DNA of 64,000 nt from Myxococcota bacterium. GTDB taxonomy: Bacteria > Myxococcota_A > Bradymonadia > UBA7976 > UBA1532. The position numbers and the translations under genes were made by a program. A model generated the notes under the pieces. The model searched no databases, had not been told where the DNA came from, and was given only the letters and a program-made list of their open reading frames with translations. Positions 40,720 to 50,779 of the stretch are shown here, piece by piece (the first letter of the stretch is position 1; each line of letters opens with the position of its first letter). The DNA is taken from the NCBI GenBank assembly GCA_036337435.1, contig JAYZEG010000010.1, forward strand, positions 32,001-96,000. Reading direction: 5' to 3'.

Positions 40720-41910
40720 ATGGGAAATCAGACCGAACGGAACACAAATGCGACAAGCGGGTTTATCCTGCGCTGGTTGCTCATGGTCTGCTCATTTCCA
40801 GCTATGGTGAGTTGTGGCGATAGTGGTATCGATGCGTCCGAGACCCCGTTTACGCTTCAAATCCCGGAGCATTTCCCAACCGCTCCAGTCCCTGAAGACA
40901 ACCTGCCCACTGCAGCGAAATTAGAGCTGGGACGCTTCCTTTTCTACGATCCCCTTCTCTCGTTTAACGAGTCGTATTCATGCGCGACATGCCATCAGCA
41001 AGCACTTGCCTTTACAGACGGCCGACCGGTTGCAGTGGGCGCATCGGACCAAAGCCACAGTGTCGGATCGATGTCGCTGGCCAATGTCGGCTATGCTGCG
41101 ACCCTTGGATGGGGCAATCCAACTTTGACATCCTTAGAGGCTCAAGCTCTGGTCCCCATGTTTAACGAAGACCCCGTCGAATTGGGACTCAGCGCACTCA
41201 CCGAGCAAGACCTCTTGGATAGACTACAGGCTGAAGACCGCTATCAACGGTTATTTCCGGCTGCTTTTCCGGCAGATGACGAACCGTTTACGGTGGGCAA
41301 TATCGCCAAGGCCATCGCCACCTTCGAGCGCACTATAATCAGTGCCAATTCCCCCTACGACCGCTACATGAAAGGGGATCGAAGTGCCCTGGATGCGTCA
41401 GCGATTCGAGGCATGAACCTCTTTTTTTCAGAACGCTTGGAATGCTTTCATTGTCACGGAGGCTTTGCAATGAGTGATTCCGTGAAAAGCCCCGACTTCC
41501 CGTTTACCGAACGGCCGTTTCACAATAATGGCATGTACAATCTCGGCGGGTCTGGCCAATACCCCAGCAATCAGGGTGTCTATGAGCTCACTCGTGAACG
41601 GCAAGACTTAGGCCGATTCAAAGCACCAACGTTACGTAATATCGCTGTGACAGCCCCTTACTTACACGATGGTTCAATCTCGACTCTCGACGAATTGATT
41701 GATTTGTATGCCGCCGGGGGCCGCCAAATCAGCGATGGACCCCATGCCGGAGACGGAACAGCGCATCCAAATAAGAGTGTTTTTATCGTCGGCTTTATTC
41801 TCAATGATAACGAGAAGCAGGACTTGATGGCGTTCTTGAATTCGCTGACGGATGAGGAATTCCTGAAAAACCCTGAGTTGAGCGACCCATACAAGGACAC
41901 GACAGATTGA
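40720..41910 (+). CDS. mbnH: MbnH family di-heme enzyme
   Basis: CATCH and CFHCH; PVELG, FKAPTLRNIAVTAPYLHDGS; directly after mbnP. Confidence 0.88.
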   Translation: MGNQTERNTNATSGFILRWLLMVCSFPAMVSCGDSGIDASETPFTLQIPEHFPTAPVPEDNLPTAAKLELGRFLFYDPLLSFNESYSCATCHQQALAFTDGRPVAVGASDQSHSVGSMSLANVGYAATLGWGNPTLTSLEAQALVPMFNEDPVELGLSALTEQDLLDRLQAEDRYQRLFPAAFPADDEPFTVGNIAKAIATFERTIISANSPYDRYMKGDRSALDASAIRGMNLFFSERLECFHCHGGFAMSDSVKSPDFPFTERPFHNNGMYNLGGSGQYPSNQGVYELTRERQDLGRFKAPTLRNIAVTAPYLHDGSISTLDELIDLYAAGGRQISDGPHAGDGTAHPNKSVFIVGFILNDNEKQDLMAFLNSLTDEEFLKNPELSDPYKDTTD

Positions 41911-42149
41911 AATATCCCGTCCTTCTGGTCGTGCTTGTCGTCAGCACACTGTCCTGTCGAAATCAAATCGGTCACCCATGCAAAGAAAAAGGCGACTGTG
42001 CACTGGGGCTTTATTGCGACCTGGAACGGGAAATCTGCGATGATCGAGGCAAACTGCTCAAAAAAAAGGCCGAGAAAATCTACGTGTACCCAATTCCTCC
42101 AAAAACGGCCCCCGCACACCCCAAGGGGATGCCGATTCAGGTGCGATAA
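41907..42149 (+). CDS. Small Cys-rich lipoprotein
   Basis: TTG start overlapping the mbnH stop; TLSC lipobox; CKEKGDCALGLYC...C. Confidence 0.6.
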   Translation: MKYPVLLVVLVVSTLSCRNQIGHPCKEKGDCALGLYCDLEREICDDRGKLLKKKAEKIYVYPIPPKTAPAHPKGMPIQVR

Positions 42150-42238
42150 ATGAGTACCAATTTGGCTGAATGGAGAGTCCTCGCGTAACTAAGTGCAGAT
42201 GCTCAAACTCTCTCTAACGGAGAAAAGGGAGGGTATGT

Positions 42239-43024
42239 ATGTCAAAATTATTGCTGATGGTCTTTGTCTTTACGGCGGTTGGAGCGCAGGCCCATAAACC
42301 GAGCTTCTCGAACGGTGAATTTAAATCCTTTGACACCGCGTGGCCTATCCAGAACATGGCGACCTCAATCGTTCTCTACCACGACGTGACCTGTGAATCA
42401 GACCAACTTTGGCTCGAATTCAGCTCCGTTGGTGAAGAGGAACTATTCGTTCAGTTAGGTGTTCCCGTGATAGAGCGGCTGACGGACTATCGCCCGTCTA
42501 TCGCCATCCTTGCCGCCGGTCTCCCCCCCATAAACGATACCGTCCCTTTTGAAATCCCCGATGGACTCGGTGGCATCGTCTACCATTCGAGCCAAATCGA
42601 AGCACCGACTGACTTCTACGAGCCGTTTTCACAAACTGAATCGTGGATTCTCTTGGAGACGACAAAAATCATAGAGCAAGCCGGAACGGGTTATGTTGTC
42701 GCCTGGGTTCCAGAAAACACCACGGGAAAACTCTGGGTCGCCATCGGAACGGTTGAAGATTTCAGTGACGTTGAGCCGACCGACTTTTCATCTTGGCTCG
42801 AGCAAACCCAAGAATACCATGAGACGGGGCCCTACTCCGATACGCAGCAGTCAGAAGTGTCCTGCCAGCCTGTGGATGAGATGAACCCTGTATCGGCCGC
42901 GTCAGCGGGCTGCGCGACAGCGCACGGCCACCCGCAGCAAAGTTCATTCGTCATGTTGGCCGTGCTTGGACTGATCATGCTCCGCGGTCGACAAAAGCAC
43001 CTTCATCGTCGGCAGCGAATTTGA
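42239..43024 (+). CDS. Secreted surface protein with MYXO-CTERM-like tail
   Basis: Signal peptide AQA|HKP; C-terminal AGCAT, hydrophobic helix and Arg-rich end. Confidence 0.75.
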   Translation: MSKLLLMVFVFTAVGAQAHKPSFSNGEFKSFDTAWPIQNMATSIVLYHDVTCESDQLWLEFSSVGEEELFVQLGVPVIERLTDYRPSIAILAAGLPPINDTVPFEIPDGLGGIVYHSSQIEAPTDFYEPFSQTESWILLETTKIIEQAGTGYVVAWVPENTTGKLWVAIGTVEDFSDVEPTDFSSWLEQTQEYHETGPYSDTQQSEVSCQPVDEMNPVSAASAGCATAHGHPQQSSFVMLAVLGLIMLRGRQKHLHRRQRI

Positions 43025-43057
43025 GTCGTCAGGCTAGACTGAACGCTGGCGATATAC

Positions 43058-44653
43058 CTACCCAAGCACGCTGAAGTCGGCGAAGAGCGCGTAGATCGCT
43101 AAGACACAAACAATGAGGATCGTGCCCACCTTGGACGCATGCGGCCAAGGCGTAATGTCAACGTCACCGCTGTGCACATGCACCCACGACTCAGCGCGCG
43201 GTCGAATGGATGTGATCGCCATCATGAGCACAATTAAGAGCCCAAACACAGCACCGAGAAAGTGAAACTCATGCATACTTGCCACAAGACCAGAGAAAGC
43301 CGGGACAAAGTACCCGAGGGCGATCAAGATAAAGCCCAAGACGAGAGCGACTTTAGCAGCGATAGCTGGGACACGTCGATTCAAAATCCCCAAAAGGACG
43401 ACTGAGAAAATGGGGATGAAGTACATGCCATTCATTTTCTGGAGGTAACCAAAAATACTATCCTGGCCGGCGAGTAGCGGTGCCACGCTCATTGCGATCA
43501 AAGCAACGACCCAGCCAAAGCGTTTGCTCACAACAACAACTCGGTCATCGCTTGCATCTCGATTAATCAATTTCTTGTAGATGCCTAAGCTGAACAAGGT
43601 GGAGACACTGTTGAGAGCCGAGTTGAAGGAACTCAAGATGGCGCCCACCATGACGGCAGCAAAAAAACCAACGAGGGGTTTTGGCAGTGCATTGCGGACC
43701 AAATGGCCGTATGCATCATCGGCTTTTATAGAGTCGCCATAAAGGTGGAATGCGATCAGACCAGGCAGAACAAGAATCAATGGACCCAGTAGTTTCAGCC
43801 CACCCGCCATCAAAACACCTTTTTGGCCTTCGGCCAGATTGCTCGCACCGAATGTTCGTTGAATGATTTGCTGGTTTGTACACCAATAGAAGAGATTCAA
43901 TAGCAATACGCCGGTAAACAAAGTGGAGAATGGCACCGATTGAGATGGCCCACCGATGGAGTTCATTTTCTCCGGGTTGGCCTCCTGCATCAGAGCCAGT
44001 GCTTTGAAAACACCCTCATCACTGATGAGATTTAGTCCGAAGATCGTGATCATGATGCCACCGACCAACAAGCCAAACCCATTTATGGTGTCAGACACAG
44101 CGACTGTTCTCAGACCACCGTATATGGCATACACAGAGCCGATTAAGCCGACCAGCCAAACAGTAAACCAAAGCTGTCCAGAATCGGTCCCAATCCCCGT
44201 CAACGACTGTAATTCGAGCATGCCATTCAGGCCTTTAGCACCCGTGTATAAGATGATGGGCAAAAGCAGACCGGCATAGGCGATCACGAAGATGAAAGTG
44301 GTAATGATTCGAGTTTGCTCATCAAATCGAACTTCGAGGAACTGAGGAACCGTCGTAATCCCACTCTTCAAAAAACGCGGCAGGAAGAAGAGAGCCATCA
44401 AAACCAAAGCCACGACAGCGACGACTTCCCACGCCATGACGGAAAAGCCATCCCTAAAAGCGGCTCCATTCAGACCAACCAATTGCTCAGTAGATAGGTT
44501 GGTGAGCATTAACGAGCCAGCAATAAATCCGGCTGTGAGCGTTCGACCACCTAGAAAATAACCAGTAGAGCTACCGTGGTCATCATTTTTTGTCATGACA
44601 AATGTAATGACTGCCACGAGACCTGTGAAAAAGATAAAGGTACCTAGAACCAT
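43058..44653 (-). CDS. Solute:sodium symporter (SSS, YidK-like)
   Basis: [40 protein letters not shown]. Confidence 0.92.
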   Translation of the reverse strand: MVLGTFIFFTGLVAVITFVMTKNDDHGSSTGYFLGGRTLTAGFIAGSLMLTNLSTEQLVGLNGAAFRDGFSVMAWEVVAVVALVLMALFFLPRFLKSGITTVPQFLEVRFDEQTRIITTFIFVIAYAGLLLPIILYTGAKGLNGMLELQSLTGIGTDSGQLWFTVWLVGLIGSVYAIYGGLRTVAVSDTINGFGLLVGGIMITIFGLNLISDEGVFKALALMQEANPEKMNSIGGPSQSVPFSTLFTGVLLLNLFYWCTNQQIIQRTFGASNLAEGQKGVLMAGGLKLLGPLILVLPGLIAFHLYGDSIKADDAYGHLVRNALPKPLVGFFAAVMVGAILSSFNSALNSVSTLFSLGIYKKLINRDASDDRVVVVSKRFGWVVALIAMSVAPLLAGQDSIFGYLQKMNGMYFIPIFSVVLLGILNRRVPAIAAKVALVLGFILIALGYFVPAFSGLVASMHEFHFLGAVFGLLIVLMMAITSIRPRAESWVHVHSGDVDITPWPHASKVGTILIVCVLAIYALFADFSVLG

Positions 44654-44906
44654 GTTCCTAATCCTTGGATATGCTCGATTTTTGCGACACCCGCAACGCG
44701 AATTGTGGTGATTTTGAGCGGCACCATACCACCAGAAAATCGCTCGTCAACGCCTTTACTGAAATCCACAACGCTGCCGACGGGCAATGGAGGAATCTGG
44801 GCCAAAAAAATAAGCTTCAAGGCTTCTTAGCTTGACCTAGGGACCCAAGCTGTAAACAGTGTGATCCATCACATATTTGACCGACACTTCTCCCGGGAGA
44901 CTCTGA

Positions 44907-47075
44907 ATGAAAATCTGGATCGTAACCTGCTTGACTGGACTCATCTACATGGGCTGCGGCCAGGGTGCATCTAGCACCAACCAAGATAACGCAGATGAAA
45001 AAAAGGCCAATCTACCGAGCCGTGTTCAAATTGAACGAACGCTATCAGATAATGGCACTATCGGCCTGGCGGGCTTCGACTCACCTCATCTCATTCTCCA
45101 AAACCTGATAAGCATTGTGGGTGAGATCAAAGCAAAGGCTGAAAAGACGTCCCCGAACGATGTGCTCGATGCCATAACAAAGATCTCGAGTGCGGAAGAA
45201 CGGACCAAGTTCATCGGCTTTGACCCGGCGACGGAAGCCGGTTGGAAATCCATCGGGATTGATCCTGGGCTGGGCCTGTATGTTGTCGGTGAGAAGACCC
45301 TTTTTCAACCGAGAAACCCGTTCATGTTTGGATTCGGATTAGAAAGCCGTGAAAAGTTCCTTAAATTCCTTCATTCGAAAGGGAAACAGACCCAATTCGT
45401 TAAGGGAGAGAACGGTGTTGATACAGTCGTAGCAAACCAAAGGGTCATGGGGCTGCTCGGTCAGCGAGGTGCCTACACCTACTTGCTGCCGCTCTCGAAA
45501 AACACCAAGAATTTGGAGCAGCTCAAAGTTTCATTCAGCAACTTCGTAAAGTCTCCGTCTAAGGATTCAGCTGGCTCGAAAATCCCAGGTCAAAGCGGGG
45601 CAGCGCAGTTCATCGGACTGATAAATTTCGACCCTCTTTTTGACATCATTAAAGAGACCGGACAAGGGCCACAAGCCGACATTGAATTTTACAAACAGAC
45701 GCTCAAGACCTTTGGCATCCGAAACGGCTCCGGGGTGATGGCGGCCCACCTCAAGGTCAAAAAAACAGGCCTAGAGGCCTTACAAAAAGTATTCGGGTCA
45801 TCGACAAAAATGACCGCTGCAAAATTCTACGGAACGAGCGACTGGGCGTTAGTGCGGCTGTCTGTAAACTGGTCGGAATTCTTTCAAGGCGTATCCGAAC
45901 TAATGCCCCCGTCCATGGCCCAACAGCGCATGGTAGTCACCATGGCGCAGACGGCCATCGCAACAAGCATGGGGTTTAGCCAAGAGACGTTCAGAGAGGC
46001 TTTATCTGGGCATATCATGTTCGGTGTGGATCTCGCATCTGTCAAGAGCGACCAGCCTGAGGTTTTATTTTCTGAGACGCGGGCGGTCATCGCTTTGGAG
46101 ACCAAAAACGCCAAGGCAGCGAAAGTGTTCACCGATACGGTGATGGCAAAACTGGCGACCCATCCAGACCCCCGATTGATACCCAAAGCCCAGAGCTTCG
46201 GGGACTATGATGGCTACCATTGGCCAGCTGCTCCAGGACGTCCGGCGTTGGCACTTGCCGAGGGTGCCATTCTCATCGGTCCAAATGCGGACAGCGTCAA
46301 GCAAGCACTTGAGCGGTCCAAAAAAAACAACTTTGCAAGTACCCAATCCGGAGTCTCAATTCAGGCTGATGGCATCATTTTCGGATACCACGTGTCCTAT
46401 CATGATGTTCTGAAGATGATTGTTAGAGTCGCGCGCTCGTCAAAAAACCAAAATCAAACCGACCGAGAGGGTATCGCGGCGTTAGCGAAGATGGTGAATC
46501 AATCAAAAACGTCGGAACCAATCGAGATGTCTTTGAAACTCGACGATGGAATCAAATTTGAGCACGAAGGGGAATTGATCGGGATGAAGTTCATATCGGG
46601 CATCATTTCAGCCATTGCCATCCCTGCTTTCACAGAACTCCAAAAGAAATCGAAGAGCACCGAAGCAAAGGTGAACCTCCAGCGCTTATCTATGGCGCAA
46701 CGTACGTACTACGAGGCCGACATCGCTGATGCCAGCGGTAAGTTACTGCCACAACAATTTGCAGGCCCATCCAAACTGGTGCCCGGTAACCCGACCAAGT
46801 TCATGTGTAAAGACGGGAAGCCCATCCAGTTCAAGCCGACTCCGGAAACATTTGCGGCTCCTGTTTGGCAGGCGTTGAACTTCGCGATAGAAGACCCGTT
46901 TCGATATGCGTATCAGGTCGAGGTTGACGGAACGGGCACACTGTCCAGATTCACGGTGCGCGCCGTGGGCGATCTCGACTGTGATGGACAATTGTCTACC
47001 TTTGAACGGTTTGGCAGTATCCAAAAAGGGGGTGCTGTTTCTGTTGGGCGGTCCTCGAAAAATGAGCTCGAATAG
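44907..47075 (+). CDS. Lipoprotein with C-terminal type IV pilin-like domain
   Basis: Lipobox YMGC; GIISAIAIPAF...KSKSTEAKVNL; AVGDLDCDG. Confidence 0.75.
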   Translation: MKIWIVTCLTGLIYMGCGQGASSTNQDNADEKKANLPSRVQIERTLSDNGTIGLAGFDSPHLILQNLISIVGEIKAKAEKTSPNDVLDAITKISSAEERTKFIGFDPATEAGWKSIGIDPGLGLYVVGEKTLFQPRNPFMFGFGLESREKFLKFLHSKGKQTQFVKGENGVDTVVANQRVMGLLGQRGAYTYLLPLSKNTKNLEQLKVSFSNFVKSPSKDSAGSKIPGQSGAAQFIGLINFDPLFDIIKETGQGPQADIEFYKQTLKTFGIRNGSGVMAAHLKVKKTGLEALQKVFGSSTKMTAAKFYGTSDWALVRLSVNWSEFFQGVSELMPPSMAQQRMVVTMAQTAIATSMGFSQETFREALSGHIMFGVDLASVKSDQPEVLFSETRAVIALETKNAKAAKVFTDTVMAKLATHPDPRLIPKAQSFGDYDGYHWPAAPGRPALALAEGAILIGPNADSVKQALERSKKNNFASTQSGVSIQADGIIFGYHVSYHDVLKMIVRVARSSKNQNQTDREGIAALAKMVNQSKTSEPIEMSLKLDDGIKFEHEGELIGMKFISGIISAIAIPAFTELQKKSKSTEAKVNLQRLSMAQRTYYEADIADASGKLLPQQFAGPSKLVPGNPTKFMCKDGKPIQFKPTPETFAAPVWQALNFAIEDPFRYAYQVEVDGTGTLSRFTVRAVGDLDCDGQLSTFERFGSIQKGGAVSVGRSSKNELE

Positions 47076-47226
47076 GGGTTGACCACCCACGTTTTCTCAC
47101 TGCCGGTGAGTGCTGTTCCCTAAGCCAGTAAGGCTCATAATTCTTGCGATTCTCTTGCGCTCTGGTGCGTTCTCATCCAAGCTCAACCAAATAAATCGCT
47201 CAAATCCTTAAAACCTGGGGGGGATC

Positions 47227-47925
47227 ATGCCACTTTCTAAGAAGCTTGCCGCGGAATTTTTTGGCACATTTTGGCTCGTGTTTGGCGGGTGCGGAAGTGC
47301 AGTACTCGCAGCCGGATATCCAACTCTCGGAATCGGGTTTGTTGGTGTGTCATTGGCATTCGGCCTGACGGTATTGACCATGGCCTATGCCGTCGGTCAC
47401 ATTTCAGGCGGGCATTTTAATCCTGCGGTGACCGTCGGTTTATGGGCTGGGGGCCGCCATCCGGCAAAGGAGATTATCCCCTATTGGATCTCACAGGTCG
47501 TTGGTGCCGTTGCAGCCGCAGCCGTCCTATATGTGATCGCAAGTGGCAAAGCGGGCTTCGATCTCGCAGGTGGTTTTGCATCAAATGGATACGGCGAACA
47601 TTCACCCGACAAATATTCGATGACCGCTGCGCTCATCGCAGAAATTGTTCTCACGATGTTTTTCGTCTTGATCATCTTAGGGTCGACAGACAGTCGGGCA
47701 CCTGCGGGCTTCGCACCTATCGCCATTGGTCTCGGTCTGACATTAATCCATCTCATCAGCATTCCTGTCACCAACACATCAGTCAATCCGGCGCGAAGTA
47801 CGGGTCCTGCTCTCTTCGTTGGTGATTGGGCCACGTCCCAACTCTGGCTTTTCTGGGTCGCCCCCTTGGTTGGCGCCGCCATTGGTGGGATTCTCTACAA
47901 AGGCTTGTTCGATAAGGCTGAATGA
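47227..47925 (+). CDS. aqpZ: Aquaporin Z
   Basis: [26 protein letters not shown] and [10 protein letters not shown]. Confidence 0.97.
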   Translation: MPLSKKLAAEFFGTFWLVFGGCGSAVLAAGYPTLGIGFVGVSLAFGLTVLTMAYAVGHISGGHFNPAVTVGLWAGGRHPAKEIIPYWISQVVGAVAAAAVLYVIASGKAGFDLAGGFASNGYGEHSPDKYSMTAALIAEIVLTMFFVLIILGSTDSRAPAGFAPIAIGLGLTLIHLISIPVTNTSVNPARSTGPALFVGDWATSQLWLFWVAPLVGAAIGGILYKGLFDKAE

Positions 47926-47955
47926 GCCACTAAAGCGTTGTAGCTCATCACTGAT

Positions 47956-48261
47956 TCACTCGACTCGATCGACAACGATACCCCGGTCTTCGAGGAACCG
48001 TTTTGCTTTCGAACACAGCGGCGCATCTGCGATAAGCAAATGACCTTGGAGCGTTCGCCCTACATGAGACGATGCAACGCTAAGGACTTCAACAAATGCC
48101 TCTGCATCCTTTCTGAGAACCCGAGACTTTCTCTTGATTAAGCGGACACAATTGTCGCCGTATACGTACAGCCCACCTCGACCCTTCAAGCCAATGTCTT
48201 TGAGTTCTAAGTTTGGGTGCTCACCATCGAGGATTATCTGACGTTGTTCTGTTGTAATCAT
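47956..48261 (-). CDS. Hypothetical protein
   Basis: 101-aa ORF with AGGGT upstream; fills the gap between genes. Confidence 0.55.
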   Translation of the reverse strand: MITTEQRQIILDGEHPNLELKDIGLKGRGGLYVYGDNCVRLIKRKSRVLRKDAEAFVEVLSVASSHVGRTLQGHLLIADAPLCSKAKRFLEDRGIVVDRVE

Positions 48262-48476
48262 GGTCTACCCTATTTTGAACATCGGAGATGGTTTTTCACC
48301 AACCATACGGCAAGTTATGATGCATCCCAAGCAACATTGGCACCACATCAATGGTTGGCTGTCTTCAAAACCTGATGGGCACAATTGGGCTCAGCGTGGA
48401 AGAAATAAATAAAAGTTTAGACCGATTCTAACCGTCAGACGTTTATCTGACCGACGCCACAAGCTGGGGGGACCTT

Positions 48477-49241
48477 ATGAATCAAGCGCGGGCTAGAATT
48501 ACATTAATTTCACTTTTTTTCGGAGCATGGTTTGGCGGATGCCAAATGCCAAATGCCTCGGACCGACTCAGCTGGGACAGAATCCATAGTGATATCAACC
48601 AAGACCCTATCCTTACTCATGATGGGATCGATGATGTTCTGAGCAAACTCGACACAAGAAGACTGAGTGAACTTCCCGATGAATATCGACGGACTGCCAA
48701 ATTAGACCAAATAGCTCGGTCCCATTATCGCCATCGCACGTTCTATGTTGTTCGACCGAGCGATCGGCAAAAGTTCGTCGTCGGCCATTTTCGGATCAGA
48801 GATTTTCTGCCTGAAACCAGTGCCGCTGATGCCCATGGTGATGAACAAAGCCCCCATTTTGACTGGCCCGTAGATGCTGAAGAGACCTACCTTCTCATCG
48901 ATTCCAATTTGCTTCATCGGCTCTTAGATCTGATCCTAGAACTCAAGAAGCAAGGACACGACCATGAGGCGATGACCATCTACTACGGCTATAGGCCACC
49001 TGCTCATAACCACAGCATTAATGGAGCAAAGAAAAGCCAGCATTTATTCGGAAAAGCAGTGGATATGTGGGCTGGCGACATCAACCGTGATGGAGAAACA
49101 GACATGGACGACAAAATGATCATCCTCAATATTCTCGAAAGAAAAATTTTCCGTGGGACGGGTGGTGTCGGACGTTATTTGGACGACCCGAGAGCCATTC
49201 ATTTCGACACCCGACGGAAAAAAGGGCGATGGGACAAGTAA
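48477..49241 (+). CDS. Peptidase M15A-like (D-Ala-D-Ala carboxypeptidase family) lipoprotein
   Basis: GYRPPAHN, SQHLFGKAVD, IHFDTR; lipobox FGGC. Confidence 0.85.
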   Translation: MNQARARITLISLFFGAWFGGCQMPNASDRLSWDRIHSDINQDPILTHDGIDDVLSKLDTRRLSELPDEYRRTAKLDQIARSHYRHRTFYVVRPSDRQKFVVGHFRIRDFLPETSAADAHGDEQSPHFDWPVDAEETYLLIDSNLLHRLLDLILELKKQGHDHEAMTIYYGYRPPAHNHSINGAKKSQHLFGKAVDMWAGDINRDGETDMDDKMIILNILERKIFRGTGGVGRYLDDPRAIHFDTRRKKGRWDK

Positions 49242-49415
49242 ATCTCTACACGCTGTCCCGACCCATTAATTGACCATCCGAGGTGTTCTGAGAACATCTC
49301 ATTGAAATCACCAACAGGGGGCACGTAAATCATTGTACTCAAGGCACGATTGCCTCAACGAGTAAAATTCCATCAAGCTTTTCTTTGGCTCGTGTACCAT
49401 GGACCAGGGGGGTAC

Positions 49416-49761
49416 ATGGGGGGTCAACTGGCCGGTCGGGTCAACACAATTTGCCTACACATCATTGGATGGCTGCTGCTCGTTTCCGGGTGCGGGGACA
49501 TCAAAGACCAGCCACGGGCCCCGTCCAGCGACGCAGGAACTCTTGATTACAGTATGGCTGACACATCGCTTGATGTCTCATATACCCCCAATTGATTCGA
49601 CCATTGACCTGACCGGCCTCGATGCCGTGACGGCCGAGGACATGACCGCACTCATTGATGGACCCATTTGAGACAGTATCGAAATCAACTTGGATTCAAC
49701 GGCCCCTGACGATGCAAGACGGCCCCCCGATGCGCTCGATTCAGCGACACTTGGGACCTAG
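49416..49761 (+). pseudogene. Probable decayed lipoprotein gene
   Basis: G-tract RBS then MGGQ...LLLVSGC lipobox; stop at 49595; an Asp-rich linker-like sequence continues in another frame with further stops. Confidence 0.4.
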
Positions 49762-50163
49762 GTGTCGTACTGACACCCGGAATCATCCACAATGAGCTGC
49801 GCCGGGTCGCTGGCATAAGCGGGACTGCTCTCGATACTCAATTCGCCATCTCAGCAGACCATCAAGCACTTCTCTTACGCGCGTGAGTTAACTCAATGCC
49901 TCGGTCTCATCGATTTAACCAAGCAAATCCAAACGTTCAGATTGTGATGCAATTAAACCGAGAGCAATCGGCACGAGGAACAGACCGCAACGACACGCCG
50001 GTCGTGACTGCGCAGCTGTCTAGACGAGCAACAACAGACTGTTTCTCGAGCTGACACGTTGGCGAAATTAAGTCCCTGCACAACAATCAACTCAATTTCG
50101 CCCACCCAAGGGGAACCCACAAGATATGAACGCTCTGCGAAAACTCCAGCGAGACGGCTCGGC

Positions 50164-50724
50164 CTACTGACTTGCGTAACACGTTGGAGAAATTGCCTTG
50201 CAGGACTCAAATTCGACCCGGTCTTCAGATGTGCAAATCGCTTGCGCATCGGCGGTAATGACCAGTTTAAACAGGTCGTCCTGACATCTGATAATCTCTG
50301 CGGTGGTCGCCGTACATCCACGGTCTCTCAAAATCTTGAAGTTGTGAATACACCCAGCAAACTGACATGCTGGAGAGGCGTCGTGGTGGTCTAAATCACA
50401 CGCTTCCCCTGTATCCATATTCGTCGAATCGACAACGAGGTCTGCCTTATCCAAGCACTCTTCAACGGACGCTAAGCAGTCGTCCATGACAGGGGCAGAG
50501 TCGGCTGCCGCGTAGCAGTTACTGCGCATGCTGAAGATATACTGTGGCAATACGCGGGTCTCACAAATGGCATTGATTTCGCCATCGGTCAGTGATTGAA
50601 CAACCACCTCTTTATCATATCGTTCGTACTCATCATCGACGGTATCAATATCCCGTTCATCGCCACATGCAACGAGGGTGATTGTGATTACGAGTAGTGT
50701 AATTAGTTTCGTAAATGAGCTCAT
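50164..50724 (-). CDS. Cys-rich hypothetical lipoprotein
   Basis: AGGA RBS; lipobox LVAC; multiple Cys. Confidence 0.7.
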   Translation of the reverse strand: MSSFTKLITLLVITITLVACGDERDIDTVDDEYERYDKEVVVQSLTDGEINAICETRVLPQYIFSMRSNCYAAADSAPVMDDCLASVEECLDKADLVVDSTNMDTGEACDLDHHDASPACQFAGCIHNFKILRDRGCTATTAEIIRCQDDLFKLVITADAQAICTSEDRVEFESCKAISPTCYASQ

Positions 50725-50763
50725 GTGACATCATCCTGTGTTTTTAGATTCGGTTGGGTACAG

Positions 50764-50779
50764 AGCACGGGCCATGCCA
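50764..50779 (-). promoter_or_regulatory. Probable sigma54 promoter of the lipoprotein gene
   Basis: Minus strand TGGCATG-GCCC-GTGCT with GG-N10-GC spacing, about 40 bp upstream of the ATG. Confidence 0.55.

Noticed and set aside
37919..41910. Methanobactin biosynthetic cluster
   Set aside because: No mbnA, mbnB, mbnC or TonB-dependent receptor; mbnPH also occurs independently
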